This document shows positions 17,106 through 26,925 of a stretch of 64,000 nt of DNA, in pieces; within the stretch, counting starts at the first letter, position 1; each line of letters opens with the position of its first letter. The position numbers were made by a program, and so were the translations under genes. The DNA comes from Candidatus Solibacter sp. (GTDB lineage Bacteria > Acidobacteriota > Terriglobia > Bryobacterales > Bryobacteraceae), in contig JBDTMZ010000047.1 of assembly GCA_039934035.1 (NCBI GenBank), positions 1,600-65,599 of the forward strand, written 5' to 3'. Under the pieces are notes generated by a model, which saw only the letters and a program-made list of their open reading frames with translations, was not told where the DNA came from and made no database searches.

Positions 17106-19265
17106 CTACCGGAAAGGGCGGTACACCATCTCCACGCGATGCGCGCCCGCGGGAACGGCGACGCCGCGCAGAGCGGCATCGGCGTGCAACAACTCCACCG
17201 CCTGGCCATCGAGCGTGGCGTGCCATCCCGGATACCAGTTGTCGGAGACCACGAGAATCGCACGACACGCCGGGGCTGCGTCCAGGCGCAGATGCTGCTC
17301 GTCGATCGCAATGAACGTCACCGGCGAGTCGCCCGCACACGCTTCCACCGGTGCCGCACGATCGAGAACGGCCGTGGTGCGGAGATCCGTCGCCGGATCG
17401 TTGACCAGGCGAACCGCATCCTCCACCGATGCAGCTACCTTCACCTGATGGGCCAGCCATGCGTGTGGCAGCGCGGAGGGCCGCTGCCAGGCTTTCCACC
17501 CGTCGGCATCGGCGTAGATTTGCGGACCCGCGTCCGGCGGCTTCTGAATACCGACCCAATAGCGCACGGCATACAGGTCGAGAATTCTGGGATTCCAGGG
17601 TCCGAGCCGGTACAGTTGGGTCGGCGCGCTGGGAAGAAAGCCGGCCAGCGACGGGATGCCGTACCAGTCGCCGAGATTGAAAAGGAGTTCGTCGGGAGCG
17701 TAGGAGACGCGGTCGGTACCGGCGTGGGATTTCAGAAACTCCGCCAGCGCGGTTGTGGTCTGGTAGAGGCGCGGGCGGACCACCGACGCCTTGTCTTCCA
17801 CATGCACGTAATCGAACGCGGTGCTGTTGCCGATTTCAATCAGCGACAGCGCCAGGATGCCGCCGAGCAGCACCGCAGGCGGCACCCGCCGGGCATTCCA
17901 GGCGGCAATGAGCAGCGCAAGCAGCGCTCCCACGATGGCGATCATGCCGGTTCGTCCCGCGCCCTGAGGGACGGCGCGCAGGACTGCCGGCGGATACAGC
18001 GCCAGCACAAAAAGGAACGCCGCGCCGACACCGGTCCAAAGCGGAATTCGCCGGGCATGGGGAACGGCGCGCGCCAGCAAGGCGTCGATTCCGAACGCGG
18101 CGAGCGCTGCCAGCGCGACATCGGCAATCGCCATCGCCATGATGGGCGCGCGCGCTTTTTCCAGCCCCGGGACCAGCGCGTAGAGTACGCCGTGAAAAAC
18201 ATTGAAGCGCGCCAGCGAAAAGAGGGTCGCGCCGAGAGCGATCCCGGCGAAGGCCGCGGCCCAGGGACGCCGTGGCACGGCGAGCAGCGCGATCGCGGCC
18301 AGCGCGAGCGGAATGAAGCCCGCGATGGGATTGACGATGGTTTCGCTGGCGCCGGGCACCACCAGGAAGATCAGGTCGGCGGGGCTCCAGCCGAGATTCT
18401 GATGCACCGGGTAAGGCACCACCGACTGCCATTCCCTCGGGGTCGCCGAATTCACCCAGCGCAGGGAGTGGCGTCCGTAATCGACCACCGGAATCAATTG
18501 CACGGCGGCCACGCAGCCGGCGACCGCGAACAGAATCGCCGTGCGCAGCGCAGCGGCGCTCCAACTGAGCCGGGCGAGCGCGGCGGCGGCGAGGGCGAGT
18601 CCGCCAATACAGACGGTGGCGAAGGCGGGTACCGCATGATGCCCGGCCAGCAGCGAGAGGCCGAAGAAGACGCCGGCGAGAATCGCGGATACCAGCGGGC
18701 GTTTGCCCTCCAGGCTGCGCAGGTAAAACAGGAACACCAGGGGAAGCCAGATGGCCGCGGCGATGATCTGCGGCCAGTTCGTCGTGCCTACAAAGCCCGC
18801 TGCCGCGAAGAAGACCGCGCCGATGACGCTGCCGGAGCGTGCCGCGCCGAGCGAGCGCAGAAAGGCGTACGCGAACCATCCGGCCAGCAGATGAATCGTG
18901 ACAAACCACCAGTGGACCCACTCGATGCGTAGGTGTCCGGAGGCGTCGGGCGGCGTGGCCAGCAGCAGCCAGGTCAGCGGGCTGAAAACAGCGGGCTGCA
19001 GTTGCCCCGCCAGCGGCTGGCCGCCGCCGATATACGGATCCCAAAGCAAAGGCCAGATGCCTTTGTGGAACGCTACGAATTGTACCTGGAGCCACGGCAG
19101 CACCTGCGGACCGATGTCAGGCGCTTCGATGAAGGTGTACTGCGAGGTGAGTGCGATCTTCCAATAAACCACCAGTACGCAGGCGGCGATCAGGGCGAGT
19201 GCTGCGGCATTCCTCGTGAGGGACCTGCGGCTCATGGGAATGGCAAGGTTACCACGGCTCGCCAC
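17106..19265 (-). CDS. YfhO-like integral membrane protein (putative glycosyl/lipid-linked transferase family)
   Basis: 719 aa and polytopic. The C-terminal VVSDNWYPGWHATLDGQ...RVEMVYRP is characteristic of YfhO-family proteins. Confidence 0.75.
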   Translation of the reverse strand: MASRGNLAIPMSRRSLTRNAAALALIAACVLVVYWKIALTSQYTFIEAPDIGPQVLPWLQVQFVAFHKGIWPLLWDPYIGGGQPLAGQLQPAVFSPLTWLLLATPPDASGHLRIEWVHWWFVTIHLLAGWFAYAFLRSLGAARSGSVIGAVFFAAAGFVGTTNWPQIIAAAIWLPLVFLFYLRSLEGKRPLVSAILAGVFFGLSLLAGHHAVPAFATVCIGGLALAAAALARLSWSAAALRTAILFAVAGCVAAVQLIPVVDYGRHSLRWVNSATPREWQSVVPYPVHQNLGWSPADLIFLVVPGASETIVNPIAGFIPLALAAIALLAVPRRPWAAAFAGIALGATLFSLARFNVFHGVLYALVPGLEKARAPIMAMAIADVALAALAAFGIDALLARAVPHARRIPLWTGVGAAFLFVLALYPPAVLRAVPQGAGRTGMIAIVGALLALLIAAWNARRVPPAVLLGGILALSLIEIGNSTAFDYVHVEDKASVVRPRLYQTTTALAEFLKSHAGTDRVSYAPDELLFNLGDWYGIPSLAGFLPSAPTQLYRLGPWNPRILDLYAVRYWVGIQKPPDAGPQIYADADGWKAWQRPSALPHAWLAHQVKVAASVEDAVRLVNDPATDLRTTAVLDRAAPVEACAGDSPVTFIAIDEQHLRLDAAPACRAILVVSDNWYPGWHATLDGQAVELLHADAALRGVAVPAGAHRVEMVYRPFR

Positions 19266-19278
19266 GGACGGAGTCCGC

Positions 19279-21009
19279 CTAGCGGAAATTGTCGATCAGC
19301 ATGATGTTGGTCTGGCTTTGATCCACCCTGCCGTAGAGCACCGACTTGCCGTCGGGAGAGATGGCGAAAGCGCCGCCCCGGCCCCCGCCGCCGCTCTTCA
19401 CGTGAAACACCAGCGAACTTTTCTTCGCGGCGAAATCGTAAAACGAAATCACCGGGGAACGCGAACTGCGCTCGAATTCCGTGTAGTAGATGCCCTTACT
19501 GGTGACCTGTAGCGAGGAGTTGCCCCAGGATTCGCGCTCCGGGACGAAGGCCTCTTCGAGTTCGCCGCCCGCGGCAGGGATGCGCCAGATGGAGCGGTGT
19601 CCCCGGAAGTAGAGCCATTTCCCATCGGCGGATTCTGACGGCTGGCCCGCGCGCTCGTCGCTCAAAGACTGCGGATTGCCGCCGGTGTTGGTCGCCTTCC
19701 AAACCTGCCCCTGCGACAGGAAGTAGATCGACTTACCGTCGTGAGAAAAGGTGGCGCTATTCGCGCGCAGTAGCACGCGCGTGGGCTTGGCGCCGGCCGC
19801 GGCGGCGATGGTGTACACTTCCTGCCCTCGCTCGCCGGAGGTGTCGTAGACCAGCGTCTTACTGTCGGCCGACCATGCGATGCGCCCGATCCGCGGGCTG
19901 TTCAGGTGCGTAACCTGTATGCGGTTCTCGCCTGAGGCATCGGTGACAAAAATTTCGTCGGCGCCGGTCTGATCGCTGACGTTGGCGATGCGTGCTCCAT
20001 CCGGCGACCACACCGGATTCTGCTCGCGACCGGTGGAACGGATGAGGGGACGCCCCTCGGCCCCTTCGTCGGCCGAGAGGGGCGCGCGCCAGATCGCGGC
20101 GACCGTCGGGCTATCGGCGTAGACCATGCGGTTTTTGCCGATCGAAGGATAGTTGGCCTGCCGGCCGGAAGCCGCCAGATCGCGGGGGCTGCCGCCATAC
20201 GCGGGCACACGCCAGAGATGCCACCCGCCCACGCGATTGCCGGCATAGAGAATGTCCTGCTCATCGCGAGTCCAGGCGAGGCCGCGAATGCCGCTGTCGT
20301 CGAAGGTGAGACGCCGGACGCCCTGTCCTTTGGCATCGCAGAGGAAAATATCGGCGCCTGACGTGGAGTGGCGCACAAACGCGATGGTCGAACCCGAGAG
20401 AGACACGGCGGGGGCAGAGTCGCCTTCGGTGCCTTCGGTCGGATTGGTGATGCGCTCGAGCTTGCCGGAATCGATGCCGAGGATGGCTAGGCCGGGCAGC
20501 TGTTTTTCCCCGGCGGTTTGCACCGCCACCAGGGACTTGCCGTCCGGGTTCCACGAAATGGCAGGCTCGGGCTGCGCGGCATTGGCGGCCGGACCCAGGT
20601 CGGCGATCTTGCGCTCTACGCCGCCGTCGGCGGGGATCACGATGGCTTGCGTATTGTCGTCGCCCACCCGCAGAAAGGCGAGGGTGCCGCCATCAGGCGC
20701 CCAGACGGGACCGATATCGGAGTCTTCGGCTTTGGTCAGTTGCAGCGGCTTCCCGTTGGGCAGTTCCCGCACGAAAATGTGGTACGCGGAGACCTTGGAC
20801 GATTCGCGCGCCGAGTAGGCCAGCCGCTTGCCGTCCGGCGAGAGCGCCGGGTACGACTCGGTGGAGTCCCCGTTGGTGATTTGGGTCTTCTTCTGGGCGA
20901 CTTGGGGGCCGGTGGCGAACCGCCCCATCAGCGTCACGAGGCCGCCAACCGAGCACAGGGCGAGGGCCAGCATCACTGCGGGGCGTTGGACGAGTTTCTT
21001 TGCGGGCAT
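19279..21009 (-). CDS. Membrane-anchored TolB-like WD40/PD40 beta-propeller repeat protein
   Basis: 576 aa with an N-terminal TM anchor. Repeated SPDGK.LAY/F PD40 motifs (SPDGKRLAY, APDGGTLAF, WSPDGARIA, ISPDGKSVLY and others). Confidence 0.8.
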   Translation of the reverse strand: MPAKKLVQRPAVMLALALCSVGGLVTLMGRFATGPQVAQKKTQITNGDSTESYPALSPDGKRLAYSARESSKVSAYHIFVRELPNGKPLQLTKAEDSDIGPVWAPDGGTLAFLRVGDDNTQAIVIPADGGVERKIADLGPAANAAQPEPAISWNPDGKSLVAVQTAGEKQLPGLAILGIDSGKLERITNPTEGTEGDSAPAVSLSGSTIAFVRHSTSGADIFLCDAKGQGVRRLTFDDSGIRGLAWTRDEQDILYAGNRVGGWHLWRVPAYGGSPRDLAASGRQANYPSIGKNRMVYADSPTVAAIWRAPLSADEGAEGRPLIRSTGREQNPVWSPDGARIANVSDQTGADEIFVTDASGENRIQVTHLNSPRIGRIAWSADSKTLVYDTSGERGQEVYTIAAAAGAKPTRVLLRANSATFSHDGKSIYFLSQGQVWKATNTGGNPQSLSDERAGQPSESADGKWLYFRGHRSIWRIPAAGGELEEAFVPERESWGNSSLQVTSKGIYYTEFERSSRSPVISFYDFAAKKSSLVFHVKSGGGGRGGAFAISPDGKSVLYGRVDQSQTNIMLIDNFR

Positions 21010-21135
21010 AGGTCTAAAGCTTCACGCCGGTATCACGTTATCACAGCGGCGGCGGCACACGTCGCCTAGCAAAAGAGACGAAGCCGGCGCGCCTTCATTA
21101 ACTGCACAACGTGAATTCCGGCCGATTTGTTCCGG

Positions 21136-22548
21136 TTAACCCAAGCCGACGCGATGGAGTTTCATCAGATTGGTGGTGCCCGGCCGGCCCACGGGCTGTC
21201 CGGCCACAAAAACCACCAGCTCGCCCTTTTGTATGTAGCCGCCTTCCATCAGGACGCGGTCCATCTGATTGAGCATTTCGTCGGTGCTGGAGACGTCGGG
21301 CGCCAGCAGCGGAGTCACGCCATAACTGACGGAGAGCTGGCGCGCGGTGGTATCGTGCGGCGTGATCGCGAAGACACCCACGGGCGGCCGGTAGCGCGAC
21401 ACCAGGCGGGCGCTGGAACCCCGCGAGGTGAAAACGACAATCGACTTGGCCCCCGATTCCTTCGCTGCGTGGTGGGCCGCGTCCGCCAGGATCTCGGCGG
21501 ATTTCGGATTCGGCATGTGAGGCGGGTCCAGGAAACCCTTGCGCCGGATGGACTCTTCACTTTCGACGGCGATCCGCGCCATCATGCGAACCGCCTCGAT
21601 GGGGTACTTGCCAATCGAGGTCTCGGCCGACAGCATGATGGCATCCGTGCCGTCGTAGATGGCATTGGCGACATCGCTGACTTCGGCGCGGGTAGGCGTC
21701 GGGTTGGCAATCATCGATTCCAGCATCTGGGTCGCGGTAATCACGAAACGCCCCTTGCGGCGGGCGCGCCGGATGATGGATTTCTGGATGCGCGGCACGC
21801 GTTCGAGCGAGATCTCGACGCCGAGATCGCCGCGCGCCACCATCACCCCGTCGGCCTCGTCGAGGATGGTTTCGATGTTCTCGTACCCTTCGGGCTTCTC
21901 GATTTTGGCCACGATGATAATCGGACGGCCGCCCAGGCGGTCGCGGAGCGCGCGCACGTCATCAGCGGTGCGCACGAAGGAGAGGGCGATCATGTCCACG
22001 CCGTTCGTCAGGCCGAAGTGGAGATCGGCCAGATCCTTTTCGGTGAGCGAGGGAATGCTCACCTGCACGCCCGGCAGGTTAATGCCTTTGTGGTCGCTGA
22101 TCGGCCCGCCGTTCACCACCCGCGTTTGCACGCTGATTCCATCGGTGGAGAGCGCCACCAGCTCAATCGAACCATCGGCCAGCAGAATTCGGTTCCCGGG
22201 CTGCACGTCGGCAGCGAATCTGCCGTACCCGGTGGACGCACGTTCCGCGGTGCCGAGAATTTTTTCGGTGGTCAGCGTGAACACGGCGCCGGTTTCAAGG
22301 GTCGTACCGCCGTTTTCGAAACGGCCGAGACGAATTTTGGGACCCTGTAAATCCAGCAGAATCCCCGCGTGGAAGCGCGCGTCGCGCGCGGCTTTGCGAA
22401 CCGCTTCGATGCGTGCTGCCTGGGCATCGGGTTCACCGTGGGAGGCATTGAGACGAAAGACGTCGACGCCGGCGGCAAGCAATTGCCGGAGCACACCGGG
22501 ATCGTCGGTGGCAGGACCTAGGGTAGCTACGATTTTGGTGTTGGGCAT
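21136..22548 (-). CDS. pyk: Pyruvate kinase
   Basis: 470 aa. MPNTKIVATLGPAT...VFRLNASHG, MVARGDLGVE and the remaining conserved blocks are present. Confidence 0.95.
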   Translation of the reverse strand: MPNTKIVATLGPATDDPGVLRQLLAAGVDVFRLNASHGEPDAQAARIEAVRKAARDARFHAGILLDLQGPKIRLGRFENGGTTLETGAVFTLTTEKILGTAERASTGYGRFAADVQPGNRILLADGSIELVALSTDGISVQTRVVNGGPISDHKGINLPGVQVSIPSLTEKDLADLHFGLTNGVDMIALSFVRTADDVRALRDRLGGRPIIIVAKIEKPEGYENIETILDEADGVMVARGDLGVEISLERVPRIQKSIIRRARRKGRFVITATQMLESMIANPTPTRAEVSDVANAIYDGTDAIMLSAETSIGKYPIEAVRMMARIAVESEESIRRKGFLDPPHMPNPKSAEILADAAHHAAKESGAKSIVVFTSRGSSARLVSRYRPPVGVFAITPHDTTARQLSVSYGVTPLLAPDVSSTDEMLNQMDRVLMEGGYIQKGELVVFVAGQPVGRPGTTNLMKLHRVGLG

Positions 22549-22720
22549 CCAGTCTTACTATCTTGCCAGACGCGGCGGTGCCTTTGCCGGACGCGCGGAA
22601 AGTTGAGTGACGAATTCATGAATCGCCGCGGGCCGCTCATCGACGTCGCGGACGCAGGAGCGCAATCGCGTTACCGCCTTTGCGTCCCGAAATTTTCCCG
22701 CCAGTCCGGCAGACGGGGAC

Positions 22721-25171
22721 TCACCGCATTTCCACTTCGTGCAACCAGTCGGGACGCCGCAGCACTTCGCGCGGCTTGCTGCCATCGGGCGGACCGATGA
22801 TGCCGTCGCGCTGCATCATATCGAGGATGCGCGCGGCGCGGCCATAGCCCAGGCGCAGGTGGCGCTGCAGCGTCGAAGTGGACGCCTTGCCCATCTGCAG
22901 CACCAGCCGTACCGCGTCTTCATATTGCGGATCCTGATCCTCGTTCGAGGCTTCGGGTTCGTTCGCCTCGCCTTCGTCCGGCGGCGCCACCAGGAAGCTC
23001 TGGTCGTATTCGGGCTTGGCCTGCTTCTTCCAGAAATCCACTACGCCCTGAATTTCCGTCTCCGTGACGAAAGCGCCGTGCACGCGGGTGAGGCGCGCAG
23101 AGCCCGGCGGCAGGAACAGCATGTCGCCCTTGCCGAGCAGGTGTTCGGAGCCCATGACATCGAGAATGGTGCGCGAATCGACGCGGGTGGCCACCCGGAA
23201 ACTGATACGCGCCGGGAAGTTCGCTTTGATCAACCCGGTGATAACGTCGACGCTGGGACGCTGCGTGGCCAGCACCAGGTGCATGCCGACCGCGCGCGCC
23301 ATCTGCGCCAGGCGCGTGACGCTCTCTTCGACGTTCTTGCCTTCGAGCATCATCAGGTCCGCCAGCTCATCGATCAGAATCATGATGTACGGCAGCGGCC
23401 GGACCGTGTCTTCCGCCCCCTCCTCCGCGAACAGATCGCGCGGAGTCTCCTGAATCTTGCGGATCTTCTTGTTGAACTGATCGATGTTGCGCACCCCGTA
23501 TTCGGCCAGCAGGCGCAGCCGTCGCTCCATCTCCAGCACGGCATTGCGCAGCGCGTTGGTGGCCTTCTTCGGGTCTGTGATGACCGGTGTCAGCAGGTGT
23601 GGAATGCCCTCGTACATGCCGAGTTCGACGCGTTTGGGGTCCACCATGATCAGGCGCACGTCGTCCGGCGTGGCCTTGTACAGAATGGCCATGATCATGG
23701 AGTTGATCATGACGCTCTTACCCGATCCGGTAGAGCCCGCGATCAGCAGGTGCGGCATGGTTTCGAGCGCGGCCACCCGAATCCGGCCGTTGATGTCCTT
23801 GCCCAGCGGAATCGTGAGGTACGAGGGCGATCCCGTGAATTCGTCGGACTCCAGCAACTGGCGCAGGGCGATCAGTTCGCGCTTGGTATTCGGCACCTCG
23901 ATGCCCACCGTGTTCTTGCCGGGGATGCGCTCGATCAGGATGGATTCGGCATGCAGGCCGAGGCACAGGTCCTCGCGGAGATTGATGATCTTCGCGTACT
24001 TCATGCCGGCCTCGGGCTTGAACTCGAAGGTGGTGACGACGGGGCCGGGATTGATCTGCACCACGTTGCCGAGCACGTGGAATTCTTCGAACTTGGCCTT
24101 GATGCGGCTGGCCGTCTCCTTCAATTCCTGTTCGTCGTAAGGATTGCGCGCGGCCGCCTCATTCAGGAAGTCGGTAGGCGGCAACCGGAAAACGGGATGG
24201 ATTTCGGACTTGGCCCCGCGCCCCGTGTCCTTCCCGGGCAGCAGCGCGGGGAACAGTTCTTCGGCGGGAGGCGCGGCTTCGTCCACCTGGCAGATGGGAA
24301 TCTCCTCGATCGTGGCGTAGCTGCCGTGCAGTGGCGCGGGTTCCTCGACCGTGGCGTACTCCCGCGGCTGAATCTCGGCAGATTCCCACGGCGCGCGGCC
24401 ATCCACGTCAGAGGGCAGCGGCGTCACTCTGGTGGCCGCCGTCTTGCGTCCGCGAGCGGGAGCGGTGGCGGCATCGGGATTGATCGAGGTCCGCCGTGTG
24501 TCGCCTGAGGCCGCGATCCGCTCGTCGGATTTGCGCATGCGCGCCGCAGCCCTCGCCTTGGCCTTTTCCAGTGAGCGTTCGTGAACTTGTTCCCGCCAGG
24601 CGCGCCAGGCTTCGGCGCGGCGGGCGAACCACGCCATGGGGCCGGCCAGCCAGCCGGCCAAGGCCGCCAGCGTGAAGGCAGAGACCAGGTAAATGGAGAC
24701 CACGACGGCCGTCAGCGTGACCAACAGTGCGCCGATCACATTGAGCGAATCGACCAGGTAATTGGCCACCAGCAGACCGAGCGTGCCGCCCAGGCGGATG
24801 GTGCCGGCGAAGAGGCGGAACGGTGCGAAGGAAAGGGCGGCGCTGATCGCCAGGGTGAGCAGGATCGCACCGCAGATTTTGATGCCGCCCGCCTGCAGTT
24901 CCTCGCTGCGAATCCACTTCCAGGAGAGCAGGAAGACGAGGAATGGAACCAGGAAAGCGGCGGCCCCGAACATCTGAAAAAACAGGTCGGAGAGGTACGA
25001 ACCCGCGTAACCGACGAGATTGAGAGGGCGTGCGGAAGCAGCTGTGTCGAAGGATGGGTCTTGAGTGTGGTACGAGACCAGACTCAATAGCATTACCAGG
25101 CCCAGCGAAAGCAGCAGGAACCCGACGATTTCATTCAGCCGTCGATGCTGAGTTGGGGATAAAAGCTTCAT
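22721..25171 (-). CDS. ftsK: DNA translocase FtsK/SpoIIIE
   Basis: Trimmed from track ORF 22721..25903, whose N-terminus runs out of frame through uppP. Start at ATG 25171 ([24 protein letters not shown]). Four N-terminal TM segments, Walker A GSTGSGKS, and a C-terminal gamma winged helix STSTLQRHLRLGYGRAARILDMM. Confidence 0.9.
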   Translation of the reverse strand: MKLLSPTQHRRLNEIVGFLLLSLGLVMLLSLVSYHTQDPSFDTAASARPLNLVGYAGSYLSDLFFQMFGAAAFLVPFLVFLLSWKWIRSEELQAGGIKICGAILLTLAISAALSFAPFRLFAGTIRLGGTLGLLVANYLVDSLNVIGALLVTLTAVVVSIYLVSAFTLAALAGWLAGPMAWFARRAEAWRAWREQVHERSLEKAKARAAARMRKSDERIAASGDTRRTSINPDAATAPARGRKTAATRVTPLPSDVDGRAPWESAEIQPREYATVEEPAPLHGSYATIEEIPICQVDEAAPPAEELFPALLPGKDTGRGAKSEIHPVFRLPPTDFLNEAAARNPYDEQELKETASRIKAKFEEFHVLGNVVQINPGPVVTTFEFKPEAGMKYAKIINLREDLCLGLHAESILIERIPGKNTVGIEVPNTKRELIALRQLLESDEFTGSPSYLTIPLGKDINGRIRVAALETMPHLLIAGSTGSGKSVMINSMIMAILYKATPDDVRLIMVDPKRVELGMYEGIPHLLTPVITDPKKATNALRNAVLEMERRLRLLAEYGVRNIDQFNKKIRKIQETPRDLFAEEGAEDTVRPLPYIMILIDELADLMMLEGKNVEESVTRLAQMARAVGMHLVLATQRPSVDVITGLIKANFPARISFRVATRVDSRTILDVMGSEHLLGKGDMLFLPPGSARLTRVHGAFVTETEIQGVVDFWKKQAKPEYDQSFLVAPPDEGEANEPEASNEDQDPQYEDAVRLVLQMGKASTSTLQRHLRLGYGRAARILDMMQRDGIIGPPDGSKPREVLRRPDWLHEVEMR

Positions 25172-25995
25172 CACGCTGGCCGGCGGATGAAAGCCAGAGC
25201 AATGACTATTATGCCAAAAATAATCCGGTAGTACACGAAGGGGCGCAGGCCGCTGCGACGCAAATATTGCAGGAACCAGGAAATCACAAAGCAGCCGGTG
25301 ACCGTACTGACCGCCACGCCCACCAGGAATTCGGTGGTGAGAATCCCATGCATGCCGCCCTTCTTGTACATCTCGTGGAGCGCCTTGGCAGCGGCCGCTC
25401 CAATCGCGGGGGTGGAGAGGAGGAAGGAGAAGCGGGCGGCGGATTCGCGCGTCATGTTGCGAAACAGCCCGGCCGTGATGGTGATGCCGGAGCGCGAAGT
25501 GCCCGGAACCACGGCGAGGGCCTGGGCCAGCCCGATAGTGACCGCGTCCGGCAGATTGACGGACGAGAGATCGCGCTGCTGGCGTCCAGCGTGCTCGGCG
25601 AACCACATAAGGACGCCCACGCCAATCAGCATTCCGCCGATCACGAATGGGTTGCGCCACGCACCTTCGGCCTGGTGAGCGAACAGCAGTCCGGCAATTC
25701 CGACGGGGATGGTGCCGATCGCGAGCAGCCAGAGCAGGGTGCGATTGTGCGCCAGTTCCTCGTCGCCGCGGAACCGCAGTCCGAGCCCCTGGGCGATGAT
25801 CTGAATCCAATCGCCCGCGAAGTAGAGGAGCACGGCCAGCAGCGTGCCAACGTGCAGGGCGATGTCGAAATCGAGGCCCTCCACCTGCCAGCCGAACAGC
25901 CACGATGTCAGATAGAGATGCGCGGTGCTGGAAACAGGCAGAAATTCAGTCAGACCCTGGACCACGGCCAGGACAATTACCTGAAGTAGAGGCAT
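25171..25995 (-). CDS. uppP: Undecaprenyl-diphosphate phosphatase
   Basis: 274 aa. [27 protein letters not shown] and [10 protein letters not shown] motifs of the BacA/UppP family. The stop TGA shares one nucleotide with the ftsK ATG. Confidence 0.9.
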   Translation of the reverse strand: MPLLQVIVLAVVQGLTEFLPVSSTAHLYLTSWLFGWQVEGLDFDIALHVGTLLAVLLYFAGDWIQIIAQGLGLRFRGDEELAHNRTLLWLLAIGTIPVGIAGLLFAHQAEGAWRNPFVIGGMLIGVGVLMWFAEHAGRQQRDLSSVNLPDAVTIGLAQALAVVPGTSRSGITITAGLFRNMTRESAARFSFLLSTPAIGAAAAKALHEMYKKGGMHGILTTEFLVGVAVSTVTGCFVISWFLQYLRRSGLRPFVYYRIIFGIIVIALAFIRRPA

Positions 25996-26227
25996 TAAGG
26001 TTCAGGTTGCGCAAATGAGGCGCGCCCTGTCAAGTCGCGGCGCGAAAAAAGAGCTCGCGCCAACCCGCTCGCCGCCGTCTCCGGCCGGTCGCCTGCGTTG
26101 ACCCGCGTGCCGAACAAAAGAGCAGTCAGCAGGATGGCAAAAGCGCCGCCGGAGCAGCACCAGAGGGCGGTTCCTTGGTGGGTAACTGCAGCGCCATTTC
26201 GAATGCGGAGCAAATCGGGCGCGATGC

Positions 26228-26247
26228 GGACGGGCCGAAGCCCGTCC
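26228..26247 (-). terminator. Candidate terminator/stability hairpin downstream of the DinB gene
   Basis: GGACGGGC-CGAA-GCCCGTCC is a perfect 8-bp stem. On the minus-strand RNA the loop is the UUCG tetraloop. It lies 56 nt after the stop, and no clear U-tract follows. Confidence 0.35.
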
Positions 26248-26302
26248 TTCGCTGGTGCAGGGAGAAGACTGGAGAATCACACGCGGAACGAGCCTTTACG
26301 GG

Positions 26303-26809
26303 TTAGTTGGCTTCGTCGGCGGACGGGCCGTACATCGCAGGCACCGGGATATCGCACATGCGGAGATAGACCGACAGTTGTCCGCGATGGTGCACGATAT
26401 GGTTGAAGATCATGCCGCGAATGACGGCCACTTTGGGCATGGTAAACATCACCTTGCCGCCGCCCAGCAGCGACCACGGCTTCATCATGGCCTCGTTGTC
26501 CGCGGCGGCCAGCATAGAGCGAAATTCGGCTGCGCCTTTTTCGAAGAGCTCCATCAGCTCGGTGTTGGTCTTAACGGTCGGCGCGACGTAAGGTTCGCCG
26601 CCCTCCGGAGCGTAATCGAAGCTGTCGGCTTGCAGGGTGGTCACTCCCCAGCCGAGCATGGTGGAGATATGAACCGCCAGGCTGATCATGTCGAACGACT
26701 TGGGGTGCGGTTTGTAGTTGAATTTGTCTTCGGGGATACGCGACAGGCACTTGCGGGTAGTCGCGAGTTCCTGGTCGAGTTCGGGAAGTAGAGCGTCGCT
26801 AATGTTCAT
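26303..26809 (-). CDS. DinB-superfamily protein
   Basis: The start is moved to ATG 26809, which has GGAGGA 6 nt upstream. 168 aa. The four-helix-bundle pattern with His residues (HISTML..., FNHIVHHRGQLSVYLR) is typical of DinB_2. Confidence 0.8.
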   Translation of the reverse strand: MNISDALLPELDQELATTRKCLSRIPEDKFNYKPHPKSFDMISLAVHISTMLGWGVTTLQADSFDYAPEGGEPYVAPTVKTNTELMELFEKGAAEFRSMLAAADNEAMMKPWSLLGGGKVMFTMPKVAVIRGMIFNHIVHHRGQLSVYLRMCDIPVPAMYGPSADEAN

Positions 26810-26925
26810 CAAAGGTCCTCCGCGAAATTCGCTTTTTATTCGCCCTGCCAGTATAAACGGGTAAGGTCCCCGGGAGCAAGCGAAAAAATACGCCAATTGT
26901 GCGCCGCAAAACCAGCACTGTCTGA

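Noticed and set aside
25172-25903. N-terminal 244 codons of the 1060-aa 'ftsK' ORF. The same kind of over-extension occurs at 6428..6832 (hpnI), 51541..52386 (Wzy_C), 52725..54104 (GT4) and 28468..29217 (sugar transferase).
   Set aside because: The extensions overlap neighbouring, well-supported genes out of frame or antisense. An internal start restores a family-typical N-terminus in each case, often with an ATGA/GTGA/TGATG junction or a Shine-Dalgarno.
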